Shown: one piece after another, positions 36,481 through 50,742 of the stretch | Position numbering within the stretch: position 1 is the first letter of the stretch | How the letters are laid out: each line of letters begins with the position of its first letter | Source of the DNA: Anaeramoeba ignava BMAN | Lineage: Eukaryota; Protista; Anaeramoebae | Direction: 5' to 3' | Length of the DNA: 64,000 nucleotides | NCBI GenBank assembly: GCA_028826165.1 | Contig: JAPDFW010000081.1 | Span: forward strand, 1-64,000 | Translations under genes and position numbers: made by a program | Notes under the pieces: model-generated | What the model was told of the DNA's origin: nothing | Seen by the model: only the letters and a program-made list of their open reading frames with translations | Databases searched by the model: none

Positions 36481-39251
36481 ATGAATTATTTTTTGATTTT
36501 TTTAATTTGTTTTGTTTTTGTTGTTTCAACTAATCATTACACAGAAAATGAAGTTGAATTATTATTTTCTAAATTCAAATCAGATTATCAAAAAAGTTAT
36601 TTAAATCCAAACGAAGAAGCTTATCGAAAAGCAATTTTTGAAGAAAAATTAAATTTAGTGCAAGAACATAACTCAGATCCAACTAAAACTTATAAAAGTA
36701 ATATTTATTTTGATTTAATTTTGATTTAATTTTGATTTAATTTTGATTTGATTTTGATTTAATTTAATTTGATTTGATTTGATTTGATTTAATTTGATTT
36801 AATTTAATTTAATTTAATTTAATTTAATTTAATTTGATTTGATTTAATTTGATTTGATTTAAATTAATTTGATTTCTAATTTGATTTGATTTAATTTCTA
36901 ATTTAATTTGATTTAATTTGATTTAATTTCTAATTTGATTTCTAATTTGATTTAATTTGATTTGATTTAATTTAATTTAATTTGATTTAATTTCTAATTT
37001 AATTTGATTTAATTTAATTTAATTTAATTTAATTTCTAATCTAATTTCTAATTTAATTTAATTTGATTTGATTTGATTTGATTTGATTTCTAATTTGATT
37101 TGATTTAATTTGATTTGATTTAATTTCTAATTTAATTTAATTTTATTTAATTTTGATTTAATTTTGATTTTGATTTAATTTAATTTAATTTTGATTTAAT
37201 TTAATTTGATTTAATTTGATTTAATTTGATTTGATTTAATTTGATTTAATTTAATTTCTAATTTAATTTGATTTGATTTGATTTGATTTGATTTGATTTG
37301 ATTTGATTTAATTTGATTTGATTTGATTTGATTTAATTTGATTTAATTTCTAATTTAATTTGATTTAATTTAATTTAATTTAATTTAATTTAATTTAATT
37401 TGATTTAATTTGATTTGATTTAATTTGATTTAATTTGATTTAATTTCTAATTTGATTTCTAATTTGATTTAATTTGATTTGATTTAATTTGATTTAAATT
37501 GATTTAATTTGATTTAATTTGATTTAATTTAATTTAATTTGATTTGATTTGAATTGATTTAATTTAATTTAATTTGATTTCTAATTTGATTTCTAATTTG
37601 ATTTCTAATTTGATTTCTAATTTGATTTCTAATTTGATTTTAAATTTTTAAAAAAAAAAAAAATTAAAAAATAGTTGGAATCAATCAATTTAGTGATTTA
37701 ACTTATGAAGAATTTTCATCAATGTATTTGAGTTCTTTAAAATATCCAAATAAAAAATCTGAACATGAATTTAAACAAGAATCAAATTTAGAAGATAAAT
37801 CTAATAATAATAATAATAAAATGAAAGGAGGTTTAAAATCAAATCCAGCAAATGTAGATTGGAGAATGGATTATGTAACTGATATCAAAAATCAAAAAAG
37901 TTGTGGAGATTGTTGGGCTTTTAGCGCAACTGAAGTAATTGAAAGTGCACTTGCTAAAGATACAGGTGTTCTTATTGAATTAGCACCTCAAGAAGCTCTT
38001 TCTTGTACTTATAAAGATTCTTCATCTTCAAATCCAGATGTAACTGATGGATATATTGAAGTTCCATCAAGTTGGATTTCTGATGGTTGGCAAACAGGAT
38101 GTGATGGAGGAAATGCTTGTGATGTTTTTCAATTATATGCTTTATATAAAACAATTACTTCATCTCAATTATATCCTTATGCTGATGCAGATGGAATTTG
38201 TCAAACTTATACAAATTATGTTGAATTAAGTTCAAATGAAGTTTATGAATGGGGTGGAGGTTGTAATAAAGAATCAGAAGCAACTTTAGAAACATTAGTT
38301 GCAAATAATGGACCTGTTAGTGTTGCTATTTATGCTTCAAGTACACTTGAATTATACACATCTGGAGCTTTTGCTAGTACAGATTGTTATGTAAATGGAG
38401 AAACAAATCATGCAGTTAATGTTGTTGGATATTTAAATAATTATGATGGATATCCAGTTTGGATTGTTAGAAATAGTTGGGGATCTGGTTGGGGACAAAA
38501 TGGATATATTTATATTCGTAAAGGTTTAACAAGTTATGATGGAACAAGTTATCCTTATGGAATGTGTAATATTGGAATGTATCTTATTCAACCTCAAAAA
38601 CCTATTACATCAACATTAAATTCATTTGGACCTGTTTCTAATTTTGATTGTTCAAGTACTTCAACTTCATGGAGTTGTTCTTGGGATTCACTTAGTGGAG
38701 CAACTTCTTATAGATTTTATCATAGTAGTGATGGAACAAAATGGAAAGCAATTATGAATGAAACAACAAGTACAAGTTTTGGAAATACTGAAGATCCAAC
38801 AAATGTTTATGTTGCAGTTAGACCAATGAAATCTACTTCAAATTATAATCAATATGGAGTTTTGACTGATTGGTCTTCAGTTATTACACCAACACCAACA
38901 CCTACTCCAACTCCAACTCCAACTCCAACACCAACTCCAACTCCAACTCCAACTCCAACTCCAACTCCAACACCTACTCCAACTCCAACTCCAACACCTA
39001 CTCCTACTCCTACTCCAACTCCAACACCAACTCCTACTACATCTTCATCTCCATCTCCATCTCCATCACCAACTCCAAGTACAATTCCAATTAAAGTTGA
39101 AACTTCTTCCACAAATACAACAATAGCTGCTGTTGTTGTTGGTGTTCCTGTTGTTGTAATTGCTTTCGTTATGATAATTTTAATAAAAAGACATAAAAAG
39201 AAAACATCCTATAGGTATCCAACATCAGAAAAAGAACTTCAAAATCTTTAA
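36481..39251 (+). CDS. C1A cysteine protease-FN3-(PT)n-TM (copy 2, ~597 aa)
   Basis: Exons 36481-36697 and 37675-39251; [19 protein letters not shown]; tail [21 protein letters not shown]. Confidence 0.93.
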
Positions 39252-39329
39252 GGAAAGAAAATCACTTTTTATTTTGATTTTGATTAATAAATTGATTTTT
39301 GATTTTCAATTTGATTTTGATTTGGATTT

Positions 39330-39576
39330 TCATTTTGATTTTGATTTTGATTTTGATTTTGATTTTGATTTTGATTTTGATTTTGATTTTGATTTTGATT
39401 TTGATTTTGATTTTGATTTTGATTTTGATTTTGATTTTGATTTTGATTTTGATTTTGATTTTGATTTTGATTTTGATTTTGATTTTGATTTTGATTTTGA
39501 TTTTGATTTTGATTTTGATTTTGATTTTGATTTTGATTTTGATTTTGATTTTGATTTTGATTTTGATTTTGATTTT
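39330..39576 (+). repeat. Pure (GATTTT)n microsatellite
   Basis: Perfect hexamer run in the 3' flank of copy 2. Confidence 0.95.
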
Positions 39577-40409
39577 CATTTTCAATTTGATTTTGATTTC
39601 TTTTCTTTCGGGTTATAAACCAAAATTTCAATAAAAAGAACAAGAATTCATTTCACAAAATTTTTTGGATTTTATTTTTAATTTGAATTTGATTTGAATT
39701 TGATTTTGAATTTAAATTTGAATTTAAATTTGAATTTGGTTTTGATTTTACTTGATTTTACTTGATTTTACTTGTTTTCTAATTCAATTTTCATCTTTGC
39801 TTTTTTTTTTTGTTGTTTGAAAATAAAAGAAATTATTAATTTATTAATTTGTTAATTTATTAATTTATTAATTTGTTAATTTGTTAATTTAAATAAAGAT
39901 ATTTTCATTTAATCTTTTATTATTATTATTAAATAAAAAAAATAAATTTTTCTTTTTAAATTTTTTTTTAATTTTTTTTTTTTGATGAAAGGAATGAATT
40001 AAAAAGAAAAAATTTTTTTTAATTTAAAATTTAACCCAAATAATAATCAATAAATAAATCAATAAATAAATAATAAATAATTAATTAATAAACAAATAAA
40101 TAAACAAATTAATAAATAATAGAAAGAAATTTAATTTGATCAATAAAATTTTACGTGTCATTAAAGTATTAAATTAATTTTAATTTTAATTATTTTCTTA
40201 TTTGATCAATTCAAATAAATCAATTAACTAAATTAATTAGATCATTTACTTAAATAAATCAATTAAAAATTTTGGAGTGGTAATTTGTTTTATTTGCTTT
40301 ATTAATTTTAAATTTTTTTTGGGTTTTTTTGTTTAATAAATTTTTAAATAATTGAACTTCATTTTTATTTTGGTTTTTTTTTAATTTTGATTTTGGTCTT
40401 TAATCAAAA

Positions 40410-43032
40410 ATGAATTATTTTTTGATTTTTTTAATTTGTTTTGTTTTTGTTGTTTCAACTAATCATTACACAGAAAATGAAGTTGAATTGTTATTTTCTA
40501 AATTCAAATCAGATTATCAAAAAAGTTATTTAAATCCAAACGAAGAAGCTTATCGAAAAGCAATTTTTCAAAAAAACTTAGATTTTGTGCAAGAACATAA
40601 CACAGATCCAACTAAAACTTATAAAAGTAATATTTAATTTGATTTCTAATTTGATTTGATTTGATTTGATTTGATTTGATTTAATTTAATTTAATTTAAT
40701 CTAATTTGATTTAATTTGATTTAATTTAATTTAATTTAATTTAATTTAATTTAATTTAATTTAATTTGATTTGATTTAATTTAATTTAATTTGATTTCTA
40801 ATTTAATTTAATTTCTAATTTAATTTGATTTGATTTGATTTAATTTAATTTAATTTAATTTGATTTAATTTGATTTAATTTGATTTAATTTGATTTGATT
40901 TGATTTAATTTAATTTCTAATTTGATTTAATTTGATTTAATTTGATTTAATTTAATTTGATTTCTAATTTGATTTTAATTTGATTTAATTTGATTTGATT
41001 TCTAATTTGATTTAATTTGATTTAATTTAATTTAATTTAATTTAATTTGATTTAATTTAATTTGATTTCTAATTTGATTTGATTTCTAATTTAATTTAAT
41101 TTGATTTAATTTCTAATTTAATTTGATTTGATTTGATTTGATTTGATTTGATTTGATTTAATTTAATTTAATTTAATTTGATTTCTAATTTAATTTAATT
41201 TAATTTAATTTGATTTGATTTGATTTAATTTAATTTCTAATTTGATTTGATTTGATTTAATTTAATTTAATTTAATTTGATTTCTAATTTGATTTAATTT
41301 AATTTGATTTGATTTGATTTGATTTCTAATTTAATTTGATTTAATTTGATTTAATTTAATTTGATTTCTAATTTGATTTAATTTCTAATTTAATTTGATT
41401 TGATTTCTAATTTGATTTAATTTAATTTAATTTAATTTAATTTGATTTGATTTGAATTGATTTAATTTGATTTAATTTGATTTGATTTGATTTAATTTGA
41501 TTTAATTTCTAATTTAATTTGATTTGATTTCTAATTTAATTTTAAATTTTTAAAAAAAAAATTAAAAAATAGTTGGAATCAATCAATTTAGTGATTTAAC
41601 TTATGAAGAATTTTCATCAATGTATTTGAGTTCTTTAAAACATCCAAATAAATCTAAACATGAATTTAAACAAGAATCAAATTTAGAAGATAAATCTAAT
41701 AATAATAATAATAAAATGAAAGGAGGTTTAAAATCAAATCCAGCAAATGTAGATTGGAGAATGGATTATGTAACTGATATCAAAAATCAAAAAAGTTGTG
41801 GAGATTGTTGGGCTTTTAGTGCAACTGAAGTAATTGAAAGTGCACTTGCTAAAGATACAGGTGTTCTTATTGAATTAGCACCTCAAGAAGCTCTTTCTTG
41901 TACTTATAATGATTCTAATTCTACAAATCCAAATGTAACTGATGGATATATTGAAGTTCCATCAAGTTGGATTTCTGCAGGTTGGCAAACAGGATGTGAT
42001 GGAGGAAATGCTTGTGATGTTTTTCAATTATATGCTTTATATAAAACAATTACTTCATCTCAATTATATCCTTATGCTGATGCAGACGAAATATGTCAAA
42101 CTTATACAAATTATGTTGAATTAAGTTCAAATGAAGTTTATGAATGGAGTGGAGGTTGTAATAAAGAATCAGAAGCAACTTTAGAAACATTAGTTGCAAA
42201 TAATGGACCTGTTAGTGTTGCTATTTATGCTTCAATTACACTTGAATTATATACATCTGGAGCTTTTGCTAGTACAGATTGTTATGTAAATGGAGAAACA
42301 AATCATGCAGTTAATGTTGTTGGATATTTAAATAATTATGATGGATATCCAGTTTGGATTGTTAGAAATAGTTGGGGAGCTGGTTGGGGACAAAATGGAT
42401 ATATTTATATTCGTAAAGGTTTAACAAGTTATAATGGAACAAGTTATCCTTATGGAATGTGTAATATTGGAATGTATCTTACTCAACCTCAAAAACCTGT
42501 TACATCAACATTAAATTCATTTGGACCTGTTTCTAATTTTGGTTGTTCAAGTACTTCGACTTCATGGAGTTGTTCTTGGGATTCACTTACTGGAGCAACT
42601 TCTTATAGATTTTATCATAGTAGTGATGGAACAAAATGGAATGCAATTATGAATGAAACAACAAGTACAAGTTTTGGAAATACTGAAGATCCAACAAATG
42701 TTTATGTTGCAGTTAGACCAATGAAATCTACTTCAAATTATAATCAATATGGAGTTTTGACTGATTGGTCTTCAGTTATTACACCAACACCAACTCCAAC
42801 TCCAACTCCAACTCCAACTCCAACACCTACTCCAACTCCAACACCTACTCCAACTCCAACTCCAACTCCAACACCAACACCAACACCAACTCCAACACCA
42901 ACACCAACTCCAACTCCAACACCATCTTCATCTCCATCTCCAACTCCAAGTACTTCTTTATCCAATCAAATTTTTGCTTCTTTTGGATTGATCCAAATTT
43001 TACTTGTTTTGGTTTTTAGTTTAATTTATTGA
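40410..43032 (+). CDS. C1A cysteine protease-FN3-(PT)n with GPI-signal-like C-terminus (copy 3, ~558 aa)
   Basis: Exons 40410-40626 and 41573-43032; catalytic C/H/N motifs intact; ends [27 protein letters not shown] with no cytosolic tail. Confidence 0.92.
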
Positions 43033-43773
43033 ACTAAATAACCTTTTCTTTTTTCATTTCTTTTTTCTTTCATTTCTTAATTGAATGATTGCTTGTTTTT
43101 CTTTCTTTTCTTTCTAAATCCCAATCTAAAGCTTCAATAAAAAGAAAAAAAATAGCACAATTTCTTTCTTTTTCTTTTCCAAAAAAATAAATAATAATTT
43201 TTTAATTTAAATAAAGATCATATTTTCATTTAATCTTTTATTATTTTTATTGTTATTGTTTAATAAAAAAAATAAATTTTTCTTTTTAATTTTTTTTTTA
43301 ATTTTCTTTTTTTGATGAAAGGAATGAATTAAAAAGAAAAATTTTTTTTTTAATTTAAAATTTAACCCAAATAATAATCAATAAATAAATCAATAAATAA
43401 ATAATAAATAAATAATAAATAAACAAATAAATAATTAATAATAGAAATTTAATTTGATCAATAAAATTTTACGTGTCATTAAAGTATTAAATTAATTTTA
43501 ATTTTAGTTTTAATTTTAATTTTAATTGCTTTCTAATTTGATCAAATTATTAAATAAAATTGATTTAATTTAATTTGATTTAATTTATTTTGATTTATTT
43601 GGAGAGATTTTTGTTAATTGAATTTTTCTTTTATTTTAAATTGTTTTATTTTAATTTATTTGTTTTTTTTTGTGGATTTTTTTTGGGTTTTTTTGTTTAA
43701 TAAATTTTTAAATGATTGAACTTCATTTTTATTTTGGTTTTTTTTTAATTTTAATTTTGGTTTTTAATCAAAA

Positions 43774-46700
43774 ATGAATTATTTTTTGATTTTTTTAATT
43801 TGTTTTGTTTTTGTTGTTTCAACTAATCATTACACAGAAAATGAAGTTGAATTATTATTTTCTAAATTCAAATCAGATTATCAAAAAAGTTATTTAAATC
43901 CAAACGAAGAAGCTTATCGAAAAGCAATTTTTGAAGAAAAATTAAATTTAGTGCAAGAACATAACTCAGATCCAACTAAAACTTATAAAAGTAATATTTA
44001 ATTTGATTTCTAATTTGATTTAATTTAATTTAATTTAATTTGATTTGATTTAATTTAATTTTTAATTTAATTTAATTTAATTTGATTTAATTTGATTTAA
44101 TTTGATTTGATTTGATTTAATTTGATTTAAATTGATTTGATTTAATTTAATTTGATTTCTAATTTAATTTGATTTGATTTAATTTCTAATTTGATTTGAT
44201 TTGATTTCTGATTTAATTTAATTTGATTTAATTTAATTTAATTTGATTTCTAATTTAATTTAATTTGATTTGATTTGATTTAATTTGATTTAATTTAATT
44301 TAATTTAATTTCTAATTTAATTAGATTTAATTTAATTTGATTTGATTTAATTTGATTTAATTTAATTTAATTTAATTTCTAATTTAATTAGATTTAATTT
44401 AATTTAATTTGATTTAATTTAATTTAATTTAATTTAATTTGATTTAATTTGATTTAATTTAATTTAATTTGATTTCTAATTTAATTTGATTTCTAATTTA
44501 ATTTAATTTAATTTAATTTAATTTAATTTAATTTGATTTCTAATTTGATTTGATTTGATTTTAATTGCAATTTTAATTTGATTTTTAATTTGATTTGATT
44601 TAATTTGATTTAATTTAATTTGATTTGATTTGATTTAATTTAATTTAATTTAATTTAATTTAATTTAATTTAATTTGATTTAATTTAATTTGATTTGATT
44701 TAATTTGATTTAATTTAATTTAATTTGATTTAATTTGATTTAATTTAATTTAATTTAATTTAATTTAATTTAATTTAATTTAATTTGATTTAATTTGATT
44801 TGATTTAATTTGATTTGATTTAATTTGATTTGATTTGATTTGATTTGATTTGATTTGATTTAATTTGATTTGATTTAATTTGATTTGATTTGATTTAATT
44901 TGATTTAATTTAATTTAATTTGATTTCTAATTTGATTTAATTTAATTTAATTTAATTTGATTTAATTTAATTTAATTTGATTTGATTTGATTTAATTTGA
45001 TTTGATTTGATTTGATTTAATTTCTAATTTAATTAGATTTAATTTGATTTCTAATTTAATTTAATTTGATTTGATTTGATTTAATTTAATTTGATTTGAT
45101 TTAATTTATAATTTGATTTAATTTAATTTCTAATTTAATTTGATTTAATTTGATTTCTAATTTAATTTGATTTGATTTGATTTGATTTGATTTGATTTGA
45201 TTTGATTTGATTTGATTTGATTTGATTTGATTTGATTTGATTTAATTTCTAATTTAATTTAATTTAATTTAATTTGATTTCTAATTTGATTTGATTTAAT
45301 TTGATTTGATTTAATTTAATTTAATTTGATTTGATTTAATTTAATCTAATTTAATTTCTAATCTAATTTCTAATTTGATTTCTAATTTGATTTTAAATTT
45401 TTAAAAAAAAAAAAATTAAAAAATAGTTGGAATCAATCAATTTAGTGATTTAACTTATGAAGAATTTTCATCAATGTATTTGAGTTCTTTAAAATATCCA
45501 AATAAAAAATCTGAACATGAATTTAAACAAGAATCAAATTTAGAAGATAAATCTAATAATAATAATAATAATAAAATGAAAGGAGGTTTAAAATCAAATC
45601 CAGCAAATGTAGATTGGAGAATGGATTATGTAACTGATATCAAAAATCAAAAAAGTTGTGGAGATTGTTGGGCTTTGATGTAACTGAAGTAATTGAAAGT
45701 GCACTTGCTAAAGATACAGGTGTTCTTATTGAATTAGCACCTCAAGAAGCTCTTTCTTGTACTTATAAAGATTCTTCATCTTCAAATCCAGATGTAACTG
45801 ATGGATATATTGAAGTTCCATCAAGTTGGATTTCTGATGGTTGGCAAACAGGATGTGATGGAGGAAATGCTTGTGATGTTTTTCAATTATATGCTTTATA
45901 TAAAACAATTACTTCATCTCAATTATATCCTTATGCTGATGCAGATGGAATTTGTCAAACTTATACAAATTATGTTGAATTAAGTTCAAATGAAGTTTAT
46001 GAATGGGGTTATGGTTGTAATAAAGAATCAGAAGCAACTTTAGAAACATTAGTTGCAAATAATGGACCTGTTAGTGTTGCTATTTATGCTTCAAGTACAT
46101 TTGAATCATACACATCTGGAGCTTTTGCTAGTACAGATTGTTATGTAAATGGAGAAACAAATCATGCAGTTAATGTTGTTGGATATTTAAATAATTATGA
46201 TGGATATCCAGTTTGGATTGTTAGAAATAGTTGGGGAGCTGGTTGGGGACAAAATGGATATATTTATGAGTTATGATGGAACAAGTTATCCTTATGGAAT
46301 GTGTAATATTGGAATGTATCTTACTCAACCTCAAAAACCTGTTACATCAACATTAAATTCATTTGGACCTGTTTCTAATTTTGATTGTTCAAGTAATTCA
46401 ACTTCATGGAATTGTTCTTGGGATGTACTTATAAAAATTCTTAGATTTTATCATAGTAGTGATGGAACAACATGGAATGCAGTTATTGAAGTTCCAATCA
46501 AGTTTTGGAAATACTGAAGATCCAACAAATGTTTATGTTGCAGTTAGACCAATGAAATCTACTTCAATGTTTAATCAATTGGAGACTGATTTTATATAAA
46601 ACAATTCTTCATCTCGAAAATTTTCTTTTCTTTAATATCCATTTTGTTGCAGATGGAATTTGTCAAACTTATTGGGTTTAAAAAGAAATTTTTAAATTAA

Positions 46701-47438
46701 GTTCAAATGATTTTTATGAATGGGGTTTTGGAGGTTGTATTAAAAGAATCAGAAGCAACTTTAGAAACATTAGTTGCAAATAATGGACCTGTTAGTGTTG
46801 CTATTTATGCTTCAAGTACATTTGAATCATACACATCTGGAGCTTTTGCTAGTACAGATTGTTATGTAAATGGAGAAACAAATCATGCAGTTAATGTTGT
46901 TGGATATTTAAATAATTATGATGGATATCCAGTTTGGATTGTTAGAAATAGTTGGGGATCTGGTTGGGGACAAAATGGATATGTTTATATTCGTAAAGGT
47001 TTAACAAGTTATGATGGAACAAGTTATCCTTATGGAATGTGTAATATTGGAATGTATCTTACTCAACCTCAAAAACCTATTACATCAACATTAAATTCAT
47101 TTGGACCTGTTTCTAATTTTGATTGTTCAAGTAATTCAACTTCATGGAATTGTTCTTGGGATTCAGTTAGTGGAGCAACTTCTTATAGATTTTATCATAG
47201 TAGTGATGGAACAACATGGAATGCAGTTATGAATGAAACAACAAGTACAAGTTTTGGAAATACTGAAGATCCAACAAATGTTTATGTTGCAGTTAGACCA
47301 ATGAAATCTACTTCAAATTATAATCAATATGGAGTGACGACTGATTGGTCTCCAATTATTCCAAGAGGCTCCCCATCAACGAAAATTTTCTTTTCTTTAA
47401 GCTCCATTTTATTGTTGTTCGTTTTTCTTTTGAATTGA
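43774..47438 (+). pseudogene. C1A protease copy 4 (possibly 4+5): frameshifted and internally duplicated as assembled; stalk-less, GPI-signal-like end
   Basis: Exon 43774-43990 and acceptor at 45426; 1-nt loss at ~45676; deletion at ~46268; garbled 46420-46740; second copy of the catalytic C-half plus FN3 at 46741-47438, ending PRGSPSTKIFFSLSSILLLFVFLLN. Pseudogene versus collapsed assembly cannot be decided here. Confidence 0.6.
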
Positions 47439-47469
47439 TTAATTTTAAGATTGATTGGTTTTAAGATTG

Positions 47470-47527
47470 ATTTTAAGATTGATTGATTGATTGATTGATT
47501 TTTTTTTTGGATTTGTTTTTTTGATTA

Positions 47528-47558
<31 letters not shown>

Positions 47559-47795
47559 AATTGATTGATTAATTGATTAATTGATTAATTGATTAATTGA
47601 TTGATTAATTGATTAATTGATTGATTAATTGATTGATTGATTAATTAATTGATTGATTTATTAATTGATTAATTGATTGATTGATTAATTGATTAATTGA
47701 TTGATTAATTGATTGATTGATTGATTAATTGATTAATTGATTGATTGATTGATTAATTGATTGATTAATTGATTAATTGATTGATTGATTGATTA

Positions 47796-47846
<51 letters not shown>

Positions 47847-47890
47847 TTTAATTGATTGATTGATTGATTAATTGATTGATTGATTTTTAA
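47470..47890 (+). repeat. (GATT/AATT)n microsatellite
   Basis: Tetranucleotide run closing the protease array. Confidence 0.95.
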
Positions 47891-47993
47891 TTGATTTTTA
47901 AAAAAAAAAATGAAAAAAAAAAAAAGTAAATCAAACTATTAATTTTATTTGAATCCAAAAAGAAAGAAAAGAAAAAGAAAAAAAAAGAAAGAA

Positions 47994-48033
<40 letters not shown>

Positions 48034-48100
48034 AAATTTGTTATTTTTTTTTGATTCTCTTTCTTTTAGTGAAAAAAAAATAACTAAAATTTTTTTTAGA

Positions 48101-48599
48101 TTAAAGATCTTCTTTATGTTTTCTATATTTTTGAACAAAATCATAAAAATTTTCAGCATTTCTTTCACCTGAAAAAGTTGCAAGTTGATCACCATCTTTA
48201 TAAAGATAAATTGTAGGAAAAGAAAAAACATGAAGATCAACACAAGTTTTTTTGAATTTTTCACAATTAATTTCAGCAATTGTTGCTTTATTTTTTAAAG
48301 CAGTAGCAGTTTCTTTATAATCATTCTCAATCTAAAAAAGATTAATTTAATAATTTAATAAAACGAAAAAATCAATCAATTAATTAAATGAAAAAAATTT
48401 TTTTTGATTGCTTTTTTTTATTAAAAACCTGTTTGCAATGTTTACACCAAGGTGAGTAAAATTTAACAAGAGTAAATCCTTCAGAAATTGTTGAATCAAA
48501 ATTTTCATCTGTTAATTGAAAAACATCAGATTCTGAATCTTGTGATTTAATTAATAAGAAAGAAAAAACCAAAAAAACAAAAACTGAAATTACTTTCAT
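48101..48599 (-). CDS. Single-domain ER protein disulfide isomerase / thioredoxin (133 aa)
   Basis: Exons 48599-48429 and 48331-48101; signal peptide, [45 protein letters not shown]-terminal KEDL*. Confidence 0.92.
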
Positions 48600-48844
48600 T
48601 ATTTTTTTTTATTATAAAAAAAATGAAAAGATAAAGAAAAAAATGAAAATTGAAAAATTAAAAAAATTTAAAAAAAAAATGAAAATGAAAAAAGTGGAAA
48701 TGCTTTATTATTATGAATGAATCTAGAATGGATAAAAAAAGCTAGATCATCCATTAAACAAAGAAATGATCAAAACGAAATGAATAAAAGCAAATCTTTG
48801 ATAAAATTAAAAAAGATGAAGAAAGAAATTTCTATTTTTTTTTT

Positions 48845-50478
48845 TCATTTTCTTCGACCTCTTGAGAAACCTTTTCCTTTAGATTTGCCTCTTCCACGAC
48901 CTCTTACTGTGGAAGTTGTAACAATTTTTCTATTCATTCTGGCTTTTCGAGGACGATCATCAATTAGTAATGTTTCTAGGTTCAAACTTTCAGGTAATAT
49001 TACATATCGAATATTACTTCCTCTTATTGATAATGTATCAAGTGTAATCGGATTAAATCCTTTAACTGTCATTTTTACTGTTTTTAAATGTGTATTCATA
49101 CTAATATCCACTCCTAATGTTATTTATTTTATTATTTATTTTATTATTTATTTTATTATTTATTTTATTATTTATTTTATTATTTATTTTATTATTTATT
49201 TTATTATTTATTTTATTATTTATTTTAATTTATAATTTTATTTATAATTTTATTTATAATTTAATTTATAATTTTATTTATAATTTAATTTATAATTTTA
49301 TTTATAATTTTATTTATATTTTAATTTATAATTTAATTTATAATTTTATTTATAATTTTAATTTATAATTTTATTTATAATTTTATTTATAATTTTATTT
49401 ATAAATTTAATTTATAATTTAATTATAATTTTATTTATAATTTTATTTATAATTTAATTTAATATTTATTTATATTTTTATTTATAATTTTATTTATAAT
49501 TTATTTATATTTTTATTTATAATTTTTATTTATAATTTTTATTTATAATTTAATTTATAATTTAATTTATAATTTAATTTATAATTTTATTTTATAATTT
49601 TTATTTATATTTTTTTTTTTAATTTTTATTTTATAATTTTATTTATAATTTTATTTATAATTTTATTTATAATTTTATTTATAATTTTATTTATAATTTT
49701 ATTTATAATTTAATTTATAATTTTATTTATAATTTAATTTATAATTTTAATTTATAATTTTATTTATAATTTTTATTTATAATTTTATTTATAATTTTAT
49801 TTATAATTTTTATTTATAATTTTATTTATAATTTTATTTATAATTTTATTTTATAATTTTATTTATAATTTTTATTTATAATTTTATTTTTATAATTTTA
49901 ATTTATAATTTTTTTTTTTATTTTTTATTTTATTTATTATTTTTATTTATAATTTTATTTATAATTTTATTTATTTTTATTTATATTTTTATTTATAATT
50001 TTATTTATAATTTTATTTATAATTTTTATTTTATAATTTTATTTATAATTTTATTTATTTTAATTTATAATTTTATTTATAATTTTATTTATAATTTAAT
50101 TTATAATTTTATTTATTTTTTTATTTATTTTATTTATATTTTTATTTATAATTTTATTTATAATTTTATTTATATTTTTATTTATAATTTTATTTATAAT
50201 TTAATTTATAATTTTATTTATAATTTTATTTATAATTTAATTTATATTTTAATTTATATTTTAATTTATAATTTAATTTATAATTTAATTTATAATTTTA
50301 TTTATAATTTAATTTATAATTTAATTTATAATTTAATTTATAATTTTATTTATAATTTTATTTATAATTTAATTTATAATTTTATACCAATAATAGTTCC
50401 ATAAACAACTGTTCCATTTTTAAGTTCTATTGTAACTGTTTCATTTGAGAGTTTCATTAAAAAACGAACTAATTTCAT
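48845..50478 (-). CDS. SNRPD1: Small nuclear ribonucleoprotein Sm D1 (119 aa)
   Basis: Exons 50478-50388 ([30 protein letters not shown]) and 49113-48845 ([43 protein letters not shown]); 1274-nt AT-satellite intron. Confidence 0.97.
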
Positions 50479-50742
50479 TTTTTTAATAATTTTCTTTATA
50501 TATTTATTTCTTTTTATTTAAGAAAGAAAAAAAAATGAAAAGAAAAAAATGAAAAAAAATTTTTTAATTAATTTTTTTTTAAAAAGAAAAAACAAGAAAA
50601 AAAAAGGAAAAAGAAAAAGAAAAAGAAAAGAAAATTTGACTTAAAAAATTTAAGAAAAAGAATGAAAAAAAAAAAGAAGAATTGGATTTTGATTAAAAAA
50701 AGTGGATTTTGGTTTTTTTTCCTTTCTTCTTCTTTTTTTCTT

